Under the pieces are notes generated by a model, which ran no database searches, was not told where the DNA came from, and saw nothing but the letters and a program-made list of their open reading frames with translations. Shown piece by piece: positions 32,516 through 44,286 of a stretch of 64,000 nucleotides of DNA. Origin of the DNA: Anaeromyxobacter sp. (GTDB lineage: Bacteria > Myxococcota > Myxococcia > Myxococcales > Anaeromyxobacteraceae); assembly GCA_049840735.1 (NCBI GenBank), contig JASGJN010000022.1, positions 480,001-544,000 of the forward strand. Reading direction: 5' to 3'. The translations under genes and the position numbers were made by a program. Each line of letters starts with the position of its first letter. The stretch's first letter is position 1.

Positions 32516-33418
32516 ATGGAGCTCCGCCTCGTCCGCTCGTTTCGAGTTCTTGCAGAGCAGGGAAATTACGGCCGCGCCGCGCGGGCCTTGCACCTGTCGC
32601 AGCCGGCCCTCACCAAGCAGATCCGGCAGCTGGAGGAGCAGCTTGGCGCACCCCTCTTCGCGCGAGGGCGTCACGGAGCGCAGCTCACACCCCTGGGAAG
32701 GCTGTTCGCGGTCGAGGCCGAGGAGCTGCTGCGGCACGCTGACGCGGTGCAGGAGCGCATCCGTCGCGCGGCGCGCGGGGAGCTGGGCGAGCTTCGGCTC
32801 GGCTTCGGCGTCGCCACCCGCCTGCTGGTGCCGCGGCTCGTGTCGCGGTTCCGGCGCGCCCACGCCAGCGTGCACGTCACGCTGCAGGACATGTCCTCGC
32901 CCAACCAGCTCGAGGCGCTGCGGCGCGGCACGCTGGACGTGGGGTTCGTACGGCTCCCGCTGGAGGGCGAGCAGCTCGCGGTGTTGCCGGTGGTGGAGGA
33001 CCGGCTGGTGCTGGTAGTCCCGGCCTGGCGCCGCGCCGAGCTGGAGCGGCGGCCGCGCAACGCGCTCGCCGAGGAGGCCTTCGTGGAGCTGGGCCAGACC
33101 CGCTCCCCCAGCTTCCACGCCCACGTGCTCCGGGTCTGCGCCGCCTACGGCTTCCGGCCGCGCGTGGCCCAGACCGCCACCGAGTTCTTCACCGTGCTGG
33201 CGCTGGTGGCGGCCGGGATGGGCATCGCGGTGGTGCCCCGCGCCATCACCACCACCCGCGTGGAGGGGGTGGCCTACCTGCCGCTGGACACCCCCGAGGC
33301 GCGATGGCGCGTCGGCGCAGCCTGGTCCCCCGCAGCGGTCAGCCCGGCGCGGGACGCGTTCCTCTCGCTGCTGCGGGAGGCCCTGGCCGGGGCGGGAGCT
33401 GGGGCCAAGGGAGCCTAG
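32516..33418 (+). CDS. LysR-family transcriptional regulator
   Basis: MELRLVRSF...AARALHLSQPALTKQIRQLEEQLGAPLFAR; LALVAAGMGIAVVP. Confidence 0.96.
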   Translation: MELRLVRSFRVLAEQGNYGRAARALHLSQPALTKQIRQLEEQLGAPLFARGRHGAQLTPLGRLFAVEAEELLRHADAVQERIRRAARGELGELRLGFGVATRLLVPRLVSRFRRAHASVHVTLQDMSSPNQLEALRRGTLDVGFVRLPLEGEQLAVLPVVEDRLVLVVPAWRRAELERRPRNALAEEAFVELGQTRSPSFHAHVLRVCAAYGFRPRVAQTATEFFTVLALVAAGMGIAVVPRAITTTRVEGVAYLPLDTPEARWRVGAAWSPAAVSPARDAFLSLLREALAGAGAGAKGA

Positions 33419-33514
33419 TCCCGGGCACGTTATATTTGCCAGCAAGATCCGTCGAGTAGCTCACGTCGCGCCTGCCTTCCGGCGCGCCCGCTCCCGCCCT
33501 GCTAGAGCCCACAC

Positions 33515-35368
33515 ATGGACCTGACCCGCGCCCTCGAGGTGGCCGTCTCCGCCGCGCACGCCGCCGGCGAGCTCCTGCGCCGCGAGTTCTTTCGCGCGGG
33601 CGGTCCGCGCGGCGAGCCGGGCCACTGCCCGGCCGATGGCGAGGCCGAGGTGCTCATCCGGGAGCGGCTCATGGCGGCCTTCCCCGACCACGGCTTCGTG
33701 GCCGAGGAGGCGCCGGAGCACGACCGCCCCCCGCGCGTTCTCGCCGGCCCCACCTGGTTCGTGGACCCGAACGACGGCACCTCGGACTTCCAGCGCGGCC
33801 TGCGCGGCGCCACCGTCTCCATCGGCCTGGTCCAGGACGGCGTGCCGGTGCTGGGCGTGGTGCTGGCCCATACGGCCCCCTTTGGCGGGCAGCGGCTCTT
33901 CACCTGGGCGGAGGGGCTGGGCCCGGCTCGCGTGGACGGCCGCCCGCTGCCGTCGCTCGACCCGGCGCCGCTTCGTTCGCTGGATTTGGTCGTGGTAAGC
34001 GGCGGCGCGGCCGATCGCGTCCGCGGCATGGCGGGTTCGGTTGGCCCGGCCCGCTTCCGCCCGCAGTCGAGCGCCGCCTACCGGCTGGCCCTCGCCGCTG
34101 CCGGCGAGGCCCGCGCCGCGGTGACGCTGGGGCGGCCGCGCGCGCTGGACGTCGTCGCCGGCCACGCGCTCCTGCGCGGCGTTGGCGGCGTGATGCTGGA
34201 CGAGGGCGGCCGCGAGCCGCGCTACCCTACCGCCGGCGGCTCCCGGCTGGTCCACTGCTTCGGCGGCCCGCCGGCGGTGGCGGCGGCGCTGGCTGCGCGC
34301 GACTGGCGACCGGCCACCGGCCAGCGCGAGCCGGTGAAGCTCACCGCCCCGGCGCTGGGGCGGCTCCTCGAGGACGCCGGGCAGCTGCGACGCGCGCAGG
34401 GCGCGCTGCTGGGGCAGCTCTGCGGCGACGCGCTGGGCGCCCAGGTGGAGTTCCTCGCGCCGGAGGAGATTGCCCGCCGCCACCCCGGCGGCGTGCGCGA
34501 GCTGGCCGACGGCGGCGAGTGGAACACGCTGGCCGGCCAGCCCACCGACGACTCCGAGCTGGCGCTGGCGCTGGCCCGGGCGCTGGTGGAGGCGGGCGGC
34601 TTCGACGAGGGGCGGGTGGCCGAGGCCTACGCGGCCTGGATGGCCTCGGATCCCTTCGACGTGGGCGGCACCATCCGCGCCGCGCTCACGCCCGCCGCCC
34701 AGGCCCTCGCCGCCGGTCAGCGCGGCGCCGCGGTGGCCGCTGTCGCCCGCGCCGCGGCGCGGCCGGAGAGCAAGGCCAACGGCGCGCTGATGCGCGTCTC
34801 GCCGCTGGGCGTGGCCGGGCACGCCGCCCGGCCGGCCGCGCTCTGGGGTTGGGCCCGCGCCGACGCCGCGCTCACCCACCCGGCCGCCGTCTGCCAGGAC
34901 GCGAGCGGGGTGATGGCGCTGGCCATCGCGCAGGCGGTCCACACCGGCGCCTGCGGCGCCGCGCTGGCCGATCGCGCCGAGGCGCAGGCCGCGCAGCTGG
35001 GCGCGGGCGAGGAGGTGCGCGCGGCGCTGGCGGCGGCGCGCCACGGTCCGCCGGCCAGCTTCGTCGAGCACGCCGGCCTGGTCTCAATCGCGCTGCAGAA
35101 CGCCTTCCACCTGCTCCGGCGCGAGGTGCCGCTGGAGGAGGCGCTGGTGGAGACGGTGGGGCGCGGCGGCGATCCCGACACCAACGCCGCCATCGCCGGC
35201 GCGCTGCTGGGCGCGGCGCAGGGCGTGGAGGCGGTGCCGGCGCGCTGGCGCGAGGCGGTGCTCAGCTGCTGGCCGGTCTCCGGGCTCCCCGGCGTGAAGC
35301 GCGCCCGCCCGCCGGCCTGCTGGCCGGTGGACGCGCTGGTGCTGGCGGAGCGGCTGGCGGGGCTGTAG
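33515..35368 (+). CDS. Inositol-monophosphatase-family / ADP-ribosylglycohydrolase fusion protein
   Basis: N-half VAEE, WFVDPNDGT, LDVVAG; C-half GQLCGDALG, PTDDSEL, ANGALMR, GGDPDTNAAIAGALLGA; single open frame. Confidence 0.92.
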   Translation: MDLTRALEVAVSAAHAAGELLRREFFRAGGPRGEPGHCPADGEAEVLIRERLMAAFPDHGFVAEEAPEHDRPPRVLAGPTWFVDPNDGTSDFQRGLRGATVSIGLVQDGVPVLGVVLAHTAPFGGQRLFTWAEGLGPARVDGRPLPSLDPAPLRSLDLVVVSGGAADRVRGMAGSVGPARFRPQSSAAYRLALAAAGEARAAVTLGRPRALDVVAGHALLRGVGGVMLDEGGREPRYPTAGGSRLVHCFGGPPAVAAALAARDWRPATGQREPVKLTAPALGRLLEDAGQLRRAQGALLGQLCGDALGAQVEFLAPEEIARRHPGGVRELADGGEWNTLAGQPTDDSELALALARALVEAGGFDEGRVAEAYAAWMASDPFDVGGTIRAALTPAAQALAAGQRGAAVAAVARAAARPESKANGALMRVSPLGVAGHAARPAALWGWARADAALTHPAAVCQDASGVMALAIAQAVHTGACGAALADRAEAQAAQLGAGEEVRAALAAARHGPPASFVEHAGLVSIALQNAFHLLRREVPLEEALVETVGRGGDPDTNAAIAGALLGAAQGVEAVPARWREAVLSCWPVSGLPGVKRARPPACWPVDALVLAERLAGL

Positions 35369-35403
35369 GGGTGGGGGCCCCGGCATGTGGCCGGGGGAGG
35401 GGC

Positions 35404-35451
35404 GCCCTTCGACTCCGCGGCGCTCCGCGCCGCCACGCTCAGGTCGAACGG
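35404..35451 (+). repeat. REP-like palindromic element (TTCGAC...GCTCA family)
   Basis: gcccttcgactccg-cggcgc tcc gcgccg-ccacgctcaggtcgaacgg between convergent genes. Confidence 0.82.
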
Positions 35452-35484
35452 CCGTTCTCGGCCTGGCAGGGCGCAGCCCCCCGT

Positions 35485-36177
35485 TCAGACCGTCAACATC
35501 CCCCGCACCCCGTCCGCCTCCATGTCGGCGCCGTCCCCGCGCGCCAGGATCTCCCCCCGCTCCATCACCGCGTAGCGGTGGGCCAGCGAGCGGGCAAAGT
35601 CGTAGTACTGCTCCACCAGCAGCACCGCCAGCTGCCCCTCCGCCGCCACGGCGCGCAGCACCCGCTCGATCTCGCGGATGATCGACGGCTGGATGCCCTC
35701 GGTCGGCTCGTCCAGGATCAGCAGCGAAGGGCCGGCCACCAGCGCGCGGGCGATGGCGAGCTGCTGCTGCTGGCCGCCGGACAGGTCGCCGCCGCGCCGG
35801 TGCAGCATGCTGCGCAGGGCCGGGAACGGCGCCAGGGCGCGCTCGATCGACCCCCGCCCGCGCGGCGCCACCGAGGCCGCCACCTCCAGGTTCTCCTGCA
35901 CCGAGAGGCGCGGGAAGATCTCGCGGCCCTGGGGCACGTAGCCGATCCCGGCCGCGGCGCGGCGGTGCGGCGGAGCGCGGGTCAGGTCCTCGCCCTGGAA
36001 GGTGATCCGGCCCGCCGCCGCCGGCAGCAATCCCATGATCACCTTGAGGAGCGTGGTCTTCCCCACGCCGTTGCGCCCCAGCAGCGTCGTCACCTTCCCG
36101 GGCGGCACCTCCAGCGACACCTGCCGCAGGATCTGGCTGCCTCCGTACCGCTGCTCGAGGTTCTCGACGGTCAGCAT
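35485..36177 (-). CDS. urtE: Urea ABC transporter ATP-binding subunit
   Basis: LLGRNGVGKTT, YVPQGREIFPRLSV, DLSGGQQQQLAIARAL, LDEPTEGIQPSII. Confidence 0.93.
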   Translation of the reverse strand: MLTVENLEQRYGGSQILRQVSLEVPPGKVTTLLGRNGVGKTTLLKVIMGLLPAAAGRITFQGEDLTRAPPHRRAAAGIGYVPQGREIFPRLSVQENLEVAASVAPRGRGSIERALAPFPALRSMLHRRGGDLSGGQQQQLAIARALVAGPSLLILDEPTEGIQPSIIREIERVLRAVAAEGQLAVLLVEQYYDFARSLAHRYAVMERGEILARGDGADMEADGVRGMLTV

Positions 36178-36178
36178 G

Positions 36179-36951
<773 letters not shown>

Positions 36952-36955
<4 letters not shown>

Positions 36956-38124
36956 GTGGTGGCCTCCTGGCCGCGCTCGGCCGGTGCGCCGGGGACGGCG
37001 GCCGGAGCCGGCTGGCGCGGGCGGCGCGCCGCCCAGAGGCGGCCCAGCGCGCCCAGCACGCCGTCGGGGAGCCAGCGGGTCACGGCGATGAAGAGCAGTC
37101 CCAGCACGTAGGGCCAGGCCTCCGGGGCCGCCACGGTGAACCAGCTGCGGGCGCCGTTCACGATCAGCGCGCCCAGCGCGGCGCCCACCAGCGTGCCGCG
37201 GCCGCCCACCGCCACGGCGATGGCGATCTCGATGGAGGCGGCCGGGGACATCTCGGAGGGGTTGATGATTCCCACCTGCGGGACGTAGAGCGCGCCGGCC
37301 AGGCCGCACAGCGCCGCCGAGACGGTCCAGGCCAGGAGCTTGTAGCGGGTGGGCTCGTAGCCGAGCGCCATCACGCGCGCCTCGCCGTCGCGGATGGCGG
37401 TCAGCACGCGGCCGAAGCGCGAGGTCACCAGCCAGCGGCAGAGCACCAGCGCCAGGGCCAGCGCCGCGGTGGAGCACATGAAGAGCGCCACCCGCGTCCC
37501 CGGCGCGGCGATGGGGAAGCCCAGGATGCGCTTGAAGTCGGTGAAGCCGTTGTTGCCGCCGAAGCCGGTCTCGTTCCGGTAGAAGAGCAGCATGGCGGCG
37601 TAGGTGAGCGCCTGGGTGATGATGGAGAGATAGACGCCGCGGATGCGCGAGCGGAACGCGAAGAGCCCGAACACCGCCGCCAGCAGCGCCGGCACGGCCA
37701 GCGCAAGGAGGAGCGCCCAGAGCGGGTGCTCGGTGCCGCGCCAGAACCAGGGCAGCGCCTTCCAGTCCAGGAAGACCATGAAGTCGGGGAGGTCGGCCTG
37801 GTAGACGCCGTCGCGGCCGATGGCGCGCATCAGGTACATGCCGAAGGCGTAGCCGCCCAGCGCGAAGAACAGGCCGTGGCCGAGCGAGAGGATGCCGGCG
37901 TAGCCCCAGATCAGATCCAGCGCCACCGCCACCAGCGCGTAGCAGGCGATCTTGCCGCCCAGCGCCACCCAGTGGTCGCCGAGGTGCAGCGCGCTGCCGG
38001 CCGGCGCCGCCAGGTGGAGGAGCGGCACCAGCACCTGGCTCAGCGCCAGGAACAGGGCCAGGGAGAGCCAGCCGCGGCGCGGGGTGGCGTCCCGGACGCG
38101 GGCGAGCAGGCCGGGGGCGTCCAT
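36952..38124 (-). CDS. urtC: Urea ABC transporter permease
   Basis: LDLIWGYAGILSLGHGLFFALGGY, LPDFMVFLDW, RSRIRGVYLSIITQA, GGNNGFTDF. Confidence 0.94.
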
Positions 38125-39701
38125 CAGGCCTCCTGCACGAAGCGCCCGCGGGGCGCGAACAGCCCCTGCGGCCGCTTCTGGATGAACACCACCACGAAGA
38201 CCAGCACCAGGATCTTGGCGATGACCGCGCCGGACCAGCCCTCCAGCAGCTTGGAGGCGGCGCCCAGCCCCAGCGCGGCCACCACCGCGCCGGCCAGCTG
38301 GCCGACGCCGCCCAGCACCACCACCACGAAGGAGTCCACGATGTAGCCCTGGCCCATGTCCGGGCCGACGTTCCCGAGCTGGGAGAGGGCCAGCCCGCCC
38401 AGCCCGGCGATGCCGGCGCCCAGCCCGAAGGCCAGCGTGTCCACGCGCCCGGTGGGCACGCCCAGGCAGCCGGCCATGGCGCGGTTCTGCGTGACGGCGC
38501 GCACCTGCAGCCCCAGCCTGGTGCGCGAGAGGAGGAGCCAGGTGACCAGCAGCACGCCCAGCGCGAAGGCGATCACCGCCAGCCGGTTCCAGGGGAGCAC
38601 CACGTTGCCCCAGGGCTCGGCGGCGCCGGACATCCAGCCCGGGTTGGCCACCTGCACGTTCTGGGCGCCGAAGAGGCCGCGGGCGCCCTGGATCATCACC
38701 AGCGAGAGGCCGAAGGTGGCCAGCAGCGACTCCAGCGGGCGGCGGTAGAGGTGGCGGATCACCAGCCGCTCCATGACCACGCCGGCCAGGAACGCGGCCC
38801 CGAAGGCCACCGGCATGGCGGCCAGCACGTACAGCCCCTCCAGCCCGGGCAGCCAGGCGCGGAAGGCGGCCTGCACGGCGTAGGCGCTGTACGCCCCCAC
38901 CATCAGCAGCTCGCCGTGGGCCATGTTGATGACGCCCATGACGCCGTAGGTGATGGCCAGCCCCAGCGCCGCCAGCAGGAGCACGCTCCCCAGCGAGAGG
39001 CCGCTGAAGAGCTGGTTCACCGCCTCGCCGATGGCGAGCCGCCGGTCCACCCGGACCAGCGCGCCGGCGGCCGCGGCCCGCACGGTGGGGTCGGCCTCGG
39101 TCGCGGGGTCGCTGGCCTGCGCCAGCAGCGTGCGCGCGTCGGCGGCGCTGGCCTCGCCCAGGGCCTCGGCCGCGGCCCGCCGCTCGGCGGGGTCGGCGCT
39201 GCGCAGGCTGGCGCGCCCCAGGGCCACCTTGAGCTGCGCGGCCACCCGGCCGTCCTGCTCCTGCGCGATGGCCCGGCGCAGCAGCGGCGCCTGCTCCGGT
39301 CCAGCCGCGCGGGCCAGGTCGCGCGCCGCGGCCAGCCGCACCGCCGGATCGGGATCGAAGGCCCGCAGCGTGGAGAGCGCCGCCGCGGCGGCGCGGCGGA
39401 CGCGGTTGGGCGCCACCACCTGCGCGGCGCCGGCGGGAGGCGTGGCCACGGCGGCGCCGCTGGAGGCGTCGCGCAGCGCGCCGTCCTGCTCGACCAGCAC
39501 CTGGCCGCCGCCCGCCTGCAGGCGGCCGTCCACCAGCGCCTGCAGCACCGGGCCGGCGCGCGGATCGCCGGCCTGGGCCAGGGCCCGGATGGCCTCCAGC
39601 TTCTCCTCGGTGGCCTCCGCGGCCAGCCCGGCCACGGCGGCAGGGTCGAGCGGGGCGGGGGCGCCGAGCGCCGCTGCGCAGAGCAAGGGAAGGAGGGGCA
39701 T
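38124..39701 (-). CDS. urtB: Urea ABC transporter permease with N-terminal HEAT-like domain
   Basis: GLSLGSVLLLAALGLAITYGVMGVINMAHGE, RPLESLLATFG, YIVDSFVVVVLGGVG. Confidence 0.93.
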   Translation of the reverse strand: MPLLPLLCAAALGAPAPLDPAAVAGLAAEATEEKLEAIRALAQAGDPRAGPVLQALVDGRLQAGGGQVLVEQDGALRDASSGAAVATPPAGAAQVVAPNRVRRAAAAALSTLRAFDPDPAVRLAAARDLARAAGPEQAPLLRRAIAQEQDGRVAAQLKVALGRASLRSADPAERRAAAEALGEASAADARTLLAQASDPATEADPTVRAAAAGALVRVDRRLAIGEAVNQLFSGLSLGSVLLLAALGLAITYGVMGVINMAHGELLMVGAYSAYAVQAAFRAWLPGLEGLYVLAAMPVAFGAAFLAGVVMERLVIRHLYRRPLESLLATFGLSLVMIQGARGLFGAQNVQVANPGWMSGAAEPWGNVVLPWNRLAVIAFALGVLLVTWLLLSRTRLGLQVRAVTQNRAMAGCLGVPTGRVDTLAFGLGAGIAGLGGLALSQLGNVGPDMGQGYIVDSFVVVVLGGVGQLAGAVVAALGLGAASKLLEGWSGAVIAKILVLVFVVVFIQKRPQGLFAPRGRFVQEA

Positions 39702-39730
39702 GGAGGGTCCAGGGGGTGGGAGAGGTGGGG

Positions 39731-39807
39731 AGCCCCAGGCCCCGGGCTCCAGATTCTCAGGAGGAGCGAGGTCCGAGCCGAGGCCTGAGGCCTGACGCCT
39801 GAGGCCC
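39731..39807. repeat. Short heptamer tandem repeats (GAGGCCT x4 plus degenerate inverted set)
   Basis: gaggcct gaggcct gacgcct gaggccc at 39780-39807; related 7-mers at 39731-39760. Confidence 0.55.
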
Positions 39808-39811
39808 GACC

Positions 39812-41044
39812 TCACATCTTCTGCTTCGCCTCGTTGCCGGCGATGAACGGGCTCCAGGGCTGCGCGCGCACCGGGGCGGGCGTCTTCCAGACCACGTTGA
39901 ACTGCCCGTCGGGGCGGATCTCGCCGATCAGCACCGGCTTGTGCAGGTGGTGGTTGGTCGGGTCCATGGTGAGCGTGAAGCCGGAGGGGGCCGCGAAGGT
40001 CTGCCCGCCCATGGCGGCGATCACCTTGTCGGTCTGCGTGCTGTGGGCCTTCTCCACCGCCTGCTTCCACATGTGGATGCCGACGTAGGTGGCCTCCATG
40101 GGGTCGTTGGTCACCACCTTGTCGGCGCTGGGCAGCCCCTTGGCCTTGGCGTAGGCGCGGTACTTCTTCACGAACGCGTCGTTCTGCGGGTTCTTGAGCG
40201 ACATGAAGTAGTTCCAGGCGGCCAGGTGGCCCACCAGCGGCCTGGTGTCCACGCCGCGCAGCTCCTCTTCACCCACCGAGAACGCCACCACCGGCACCTC
40301 GGTGGCCTTGAGGCCGGCGTTGCCCAGCTCGCGGTAGAACGGCACGTTGGAGTCGCCGTTGATGGTGGAGACGACGGCGGTCTTGCCGCCGGCGGCGAAC
40401 GCCTTGATCTGCGCGACGATGGTCTGGTAGTCGGCGTGGCCGAAGGGCGTGTACACCTCGGCGATGTCCTTCTCCGCCACCCCCTTCGACTTCAGGAACG
40501 CGCGCAGGATCTTGTTGGTGGTGCGCGGGTAGACGTAGTCGGTGCCGAGCAGGAAGAACCGCTTGGCGCCGCCGCCGTCCTCGGACATGAGGTACTCGAC
40601 CGCCGGGATGGCCTGCTGGTTGGGCGCGGCGCCGGTGTAGAAGACGTTCTTCTCAAGCTCCTCGCCCTCGTACTGCACCGGGTAGAAGAGCAGCCCGTTG
40701 AGCTCGGAGAAGACCGGCAGCACCGACTTGCGCGACACCGACGTCCAGCAGCCGAAGACCACGGCCACCTGGTCGCGCGAGATGAGCTGGCGGGCCTTCT
40801 CGGCGAAGAGCGGCCAGTTGGAGGCGGGGTCGACCACCACCGGCTCCAGCTTCTTCCCCATCACGCCGCCCTGGGCGTTGATCTCGTCGATGGTCATCAG
40901 CGCCACCTCCTTCAGCGCCGTCTCGGAGATGGCCATGGTGCCGGACAGCGAGTGGAGGATGCCGACCTTGATGGTCTTCTCCTCGGCGCGGGCCGAGGTG
41001 AGGCAGAGGAGCGACAGCGCGAGGGCAGCGAGCGAGCGGCGCAT
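39812..41044 (-). CDS. urtA: Urea ABC transporter substrate-binding protein
   Basis: IKVGILHSLSGTMAISE, VDPASNWPLFAEKA, FGCWTSVSRKSVLP, FYPVQYEGEE. Confidence 0.96.
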   Translation of the reverse strand: MRRSLAALALSLLCLTSARAEEKTIKVGILHSLSGTMAISETALKEVALMTIDEINAQGGVMGKKLEPVVVDPASNWPLFAEKARQLISRDQVAVVFGCWTSVSRKSVLPVFSELNGLLFYPVQYEGEELEKNVFYTGAAPNQQAIPAVEYLMSEDGGGAKRFFLLGTDYVYPRTTNKILRAFLKSKGVAEKDIAEVYTPFGHADYQTIVAQIKAFAAGGKTAVVSTINGDSNVPFYRELGNAGLKATEVPVVAFSVGEEELRGVDTRPLVGHLAAWNYFMSLKNPQNDAFVKKYRAYAKAKGLPSADKVVTNDPMEATYVGIHMWKQAVEKAHSTQTDKVIAAMGGQTFAAPSGFTLTMDPTNHHLHKPVLIGEIRPDGQFNVVWKTPAPVRAQPWSPFIAGNEAKQKM

Positions 41045-41083
41045 CGGGGTCCTTTCGACGAGGGTGGGTTCACCTCCCCCGTG

Positions 41084-41099
41084 AGCCAGATCCGTGCCA
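41084..41099 (-). promoter_or_regulatory. Probable sigma54 promoter of urt operon
   Basis: Minus strand TGGCACG-GATC-TGGCT, one mismatch to TGGCACG-N4-TTGCW, 40 nt above the urtA ATG. Confidence 0.6.
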
Positions 41100-41310
41100 C
41101 GCACCCCGCGGGCGCCCTCCGCCGCCCGCAGGCGCTGCGCCTCAGGGGTTTCGCTGTCAGCAAGCTGACCTCGGCGGCGCCGGCGCGGCGGCCGGGCCCC
41201 GCGCGGCGCGCGCAGCTGCCCGCGCAGCGGTCAGGTGCGTGCGCGCTGGGCGGGCGACTGCGCGTGAAGCGAACGCTTGGGACGCCGCTCCGGCCGGGTG
41301 CGGCTTGCCG

Positions 41311-43873
41311 TCAGCCGGCCAGGCGCCGGGTGCGGGGCCGGGCCTGGCCGTCCAGCTGGAACGAGCCCACCAGCTGCGAGAGCACCTCGGCCTGGGCCGC
41401 CAGCTCCGCCGCGGTGGACGACGACTCCTCGGCGCTGGCCGCGTTCTGCTGGGTGACCTTGTCCATCTCCGAGATGGCCGTGCCCACCTGCGAGGTGGCG
41501 GTGGCGCCCTCCCGGGCGGCCTGGGCGATCTCGCTCACGATGCCGGCCACCTTCTCGATGAAGGCCACCAGCTCGCCCAGCGTGCGCGCCACGTCCTGCG
41601 AGGTGGCCTCGCCGGCCGCGGCGTGCTTGACCGACTCGCCCACCAGGTCGGCGGTGCGCCGCGCGGCCTCCTTGGAGCGGAGCGCCAGCGAGCGGACCTC
41701 CTCGGCCACCACCGCGAAGCCGCGGCCGGCGTCGCCGGCCCGGGCCGCCTCGACCGCGGCGTTGAGCGCCAGCAGGTTGGTCTGGAAGGCGATGTCGGTG
41801 ATGTCCTTCAGGATCGCGCCGGTCCCCTCGGCGCTCGCCTTCACGTGGTGCATGGCCCGCAGCAGCCGCTCCACGCTCTCCGAGCCCTCGCCGGCGGCGC
41901 CGCGGGCCTGCACCGCCAGCGCGGCGGCGGCCTGGGCGTTGTCGGCGGTCTGGCCCGTCAGCGCCTGCACCGACTCCAGGCTGGCGGTGGTCTCCTCCAG
42001 CGCGGCGGCCTGCTGCGAGGCGCCGGTGGCCACCGCCTGCGACGAGGCGGCGATCTGCGAGGCCGCGGAGCTGACCTGGGCCACCACCTCGGCCACGCGG
42101 GCGATGGAGGTCTCCAGCGCGCCGGCGGTGGCGTTGAGCGCCGCCTCCAGCCGGGCGTGGTCGCCGCGGTAGTCGCCCGTCATGCGCGCGCGCAGGTCGC
42201 GGGCGGCCAGCAGCTTCAGCACCTCCGAGGCCTCGCGCACCGGCGCCAGCACCGCGTCCAGCGTCCGGTTCACGCCGCCCACCAGCGCCCGGAACTGCCC
42301 CTCGTGCGGGCCGGCGTCGGCGCGCACCTCCAGCCGGCCGCCCACCGCCGAGGCCGCCAGCGCCTCCACGTCGTCGAGCAGCCGCTTCACGGCGCCGGCG
42401 CACCGCTCCAGGCTCGACTCGATGTCGCCGAACTCGCCGCGCGCGCCGGTGGCCACCCGCGCCGGCACCTGGCCGCGCGAGATCTGGTCCAGCACCGCCG
42501 CGGCCTGGCGCAGCGGCACGACCACCGCCTCCACCGTGCCGTTCACCGCCTCGATGGCGTCGGCCCACTCGCCCGAGCGGCGGCCGCGCTCGGCGCGCGC
42601 GGAGAGGTTGCCCTCGGCCACCGCCGCCGCCACCCTGCGCACCTCCTCGACCACGCCGTGGAGGTTGTCGCGCAGCCCGTCCAGCGCCGCGTTGGCGGCG
42701 GAGAGCTTGCCCGGGAGCGGGCGCAGCCGCCGCGACAGGTCGCCGGCCGCGTAGGCGCCCAGCACCTCCTGCACGTCGCGGAGCGCCTGGACGTGGACCC
42801 TTACGTTCTCGTTGGCGCCGGCGGCCAGGGCGCGGAACGAGCCGGCGAAGCGCGCCTCGTCCATCAGCACGTCCACCTCGCCGGCCCGCTGCGCCGCCGA
42901 CAGCTCCGCCATGCCCGAGACCAGCGCGGACAGCGACGCGGTGCAGCGGTTGGCGGCGTCCTTCATCCTCTCGAAGTCGCCCTGGCGCTGGACGGTGACG
43001 GGCGGCGGGATGTCGCCGCGCGAGATCCGGTCGAAGTGCTCGGCGGTGGCGTGGATGGGGCCGCGCGAAGGCGTCCATGATGCGGTTCACGCCGTGGAGC
43101 GCGTCGCGGAAGTCGGTCACCACCCGCTCCGGCTCGGCGCGCGCGTCGATCTCGCCGCGGTCCACCGCCGCGGCCAGCCCGTCGATCTGCGAGCACAGCG
43201 CGGCGATGCTGCGCCGCATGTTGCGCGCCAGCAGCGCCGCGCCCACCGCTGCGGCCCCGAACACGCCCAGGAAGATGATCAGGGCGCGGAGGCGGAGGTC
43301 GTCCAGCGCCTGCTCCACCTGCCCGGTGGTCACGTCCACGCCCACCAGGAAGCGGTGAGCGCCCTCGCCCGAGGGCAGGAAGACCGAGCGGAACGAGCCG
43401 TACTCGTCGGTGTAGGTGTCGAAGGCGGGCTCGCCCGAGTCGAGCGCCGCGCCCATGGCGGGCGACGGCTGCTCGTAGGGCTTGAAGGGTCGGTCGTAGC
43501 TGTCCTGCTCCAGCTCGCCCTCGTCGGCGCCGGTCGAGGTGAAGGCGAAGCCGCCGTCCGGCAGCCGCACCACCGTGTAGAGGTACTTCACGCCCAGGCG
43601 ATCGCTCAGCTCGGTCAGCTCGACCACCAGCGCCCGGTAGGCTGCGTCGCTCTCCGGCTCGGCCCGCAGGTCGCGCGCGTGCATGGCCCGGGTCCGGTGC
43701 TCCACCATGCGGGCGATGGTGATCAGCCGGTCATCCAGCGCCGCCAGCACCAGGCGCGAGCGGGCCACGTAGTTCTGGACCGCGAAGCCGGCCGAGAGCA
43801 GGAAGGCCACCAGCAGCAGGCGGGCCAGGAGCTTGCGTGAGAGGCGGTCGCTTCGGAGGGGGACGAGGTTCAC
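41311..43873 (-). CDS. Methyl-accepting chemotaxis protein with periplasmic sensor and poly-HAMP region (frameshift at ~43058)
   Basis: Two TM helices, repeated HAMP units, [37 protein letters not shown]. Confidence 0.93.
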
Positions 43874-44286
43874 GGGCCCCTGGGATCCACGGAGCGGGCC
43901 AGCTGCGGGGCTGACCGACGGGCCCTGTCCTGGACGCGTCCAGCGTCCGCGGAGGCGGCCATGTCCCCGTCCTGGCAGGTCAAAGACTGTTCACCCGGCC
44001 ATGCCCCCTCGCACGAGGGACAGCGTTTCCGGAGCCGGGTCTGGCCCGCCCCGGGGTGAGGAAAAGGGCAACGCGTCCCGGCGCTGATGCCCGGCCGTGA
44101 CCGTGCCCGGCACCACCATCCAGGCAGGAAAACGGCCACTTGCCCACCGCGGCCGCACCCGGACCCCTGATCGCGGCGCGCTGCGTCGGAGGAGGTCCCA
44201 ATCGACCGGCGATCGGTCTATGTTGGCGCCGCCTACCCAGATGGGAAGGCATCACCACCCGCGCCCAGCGGCGCAGCATGAAGGCC

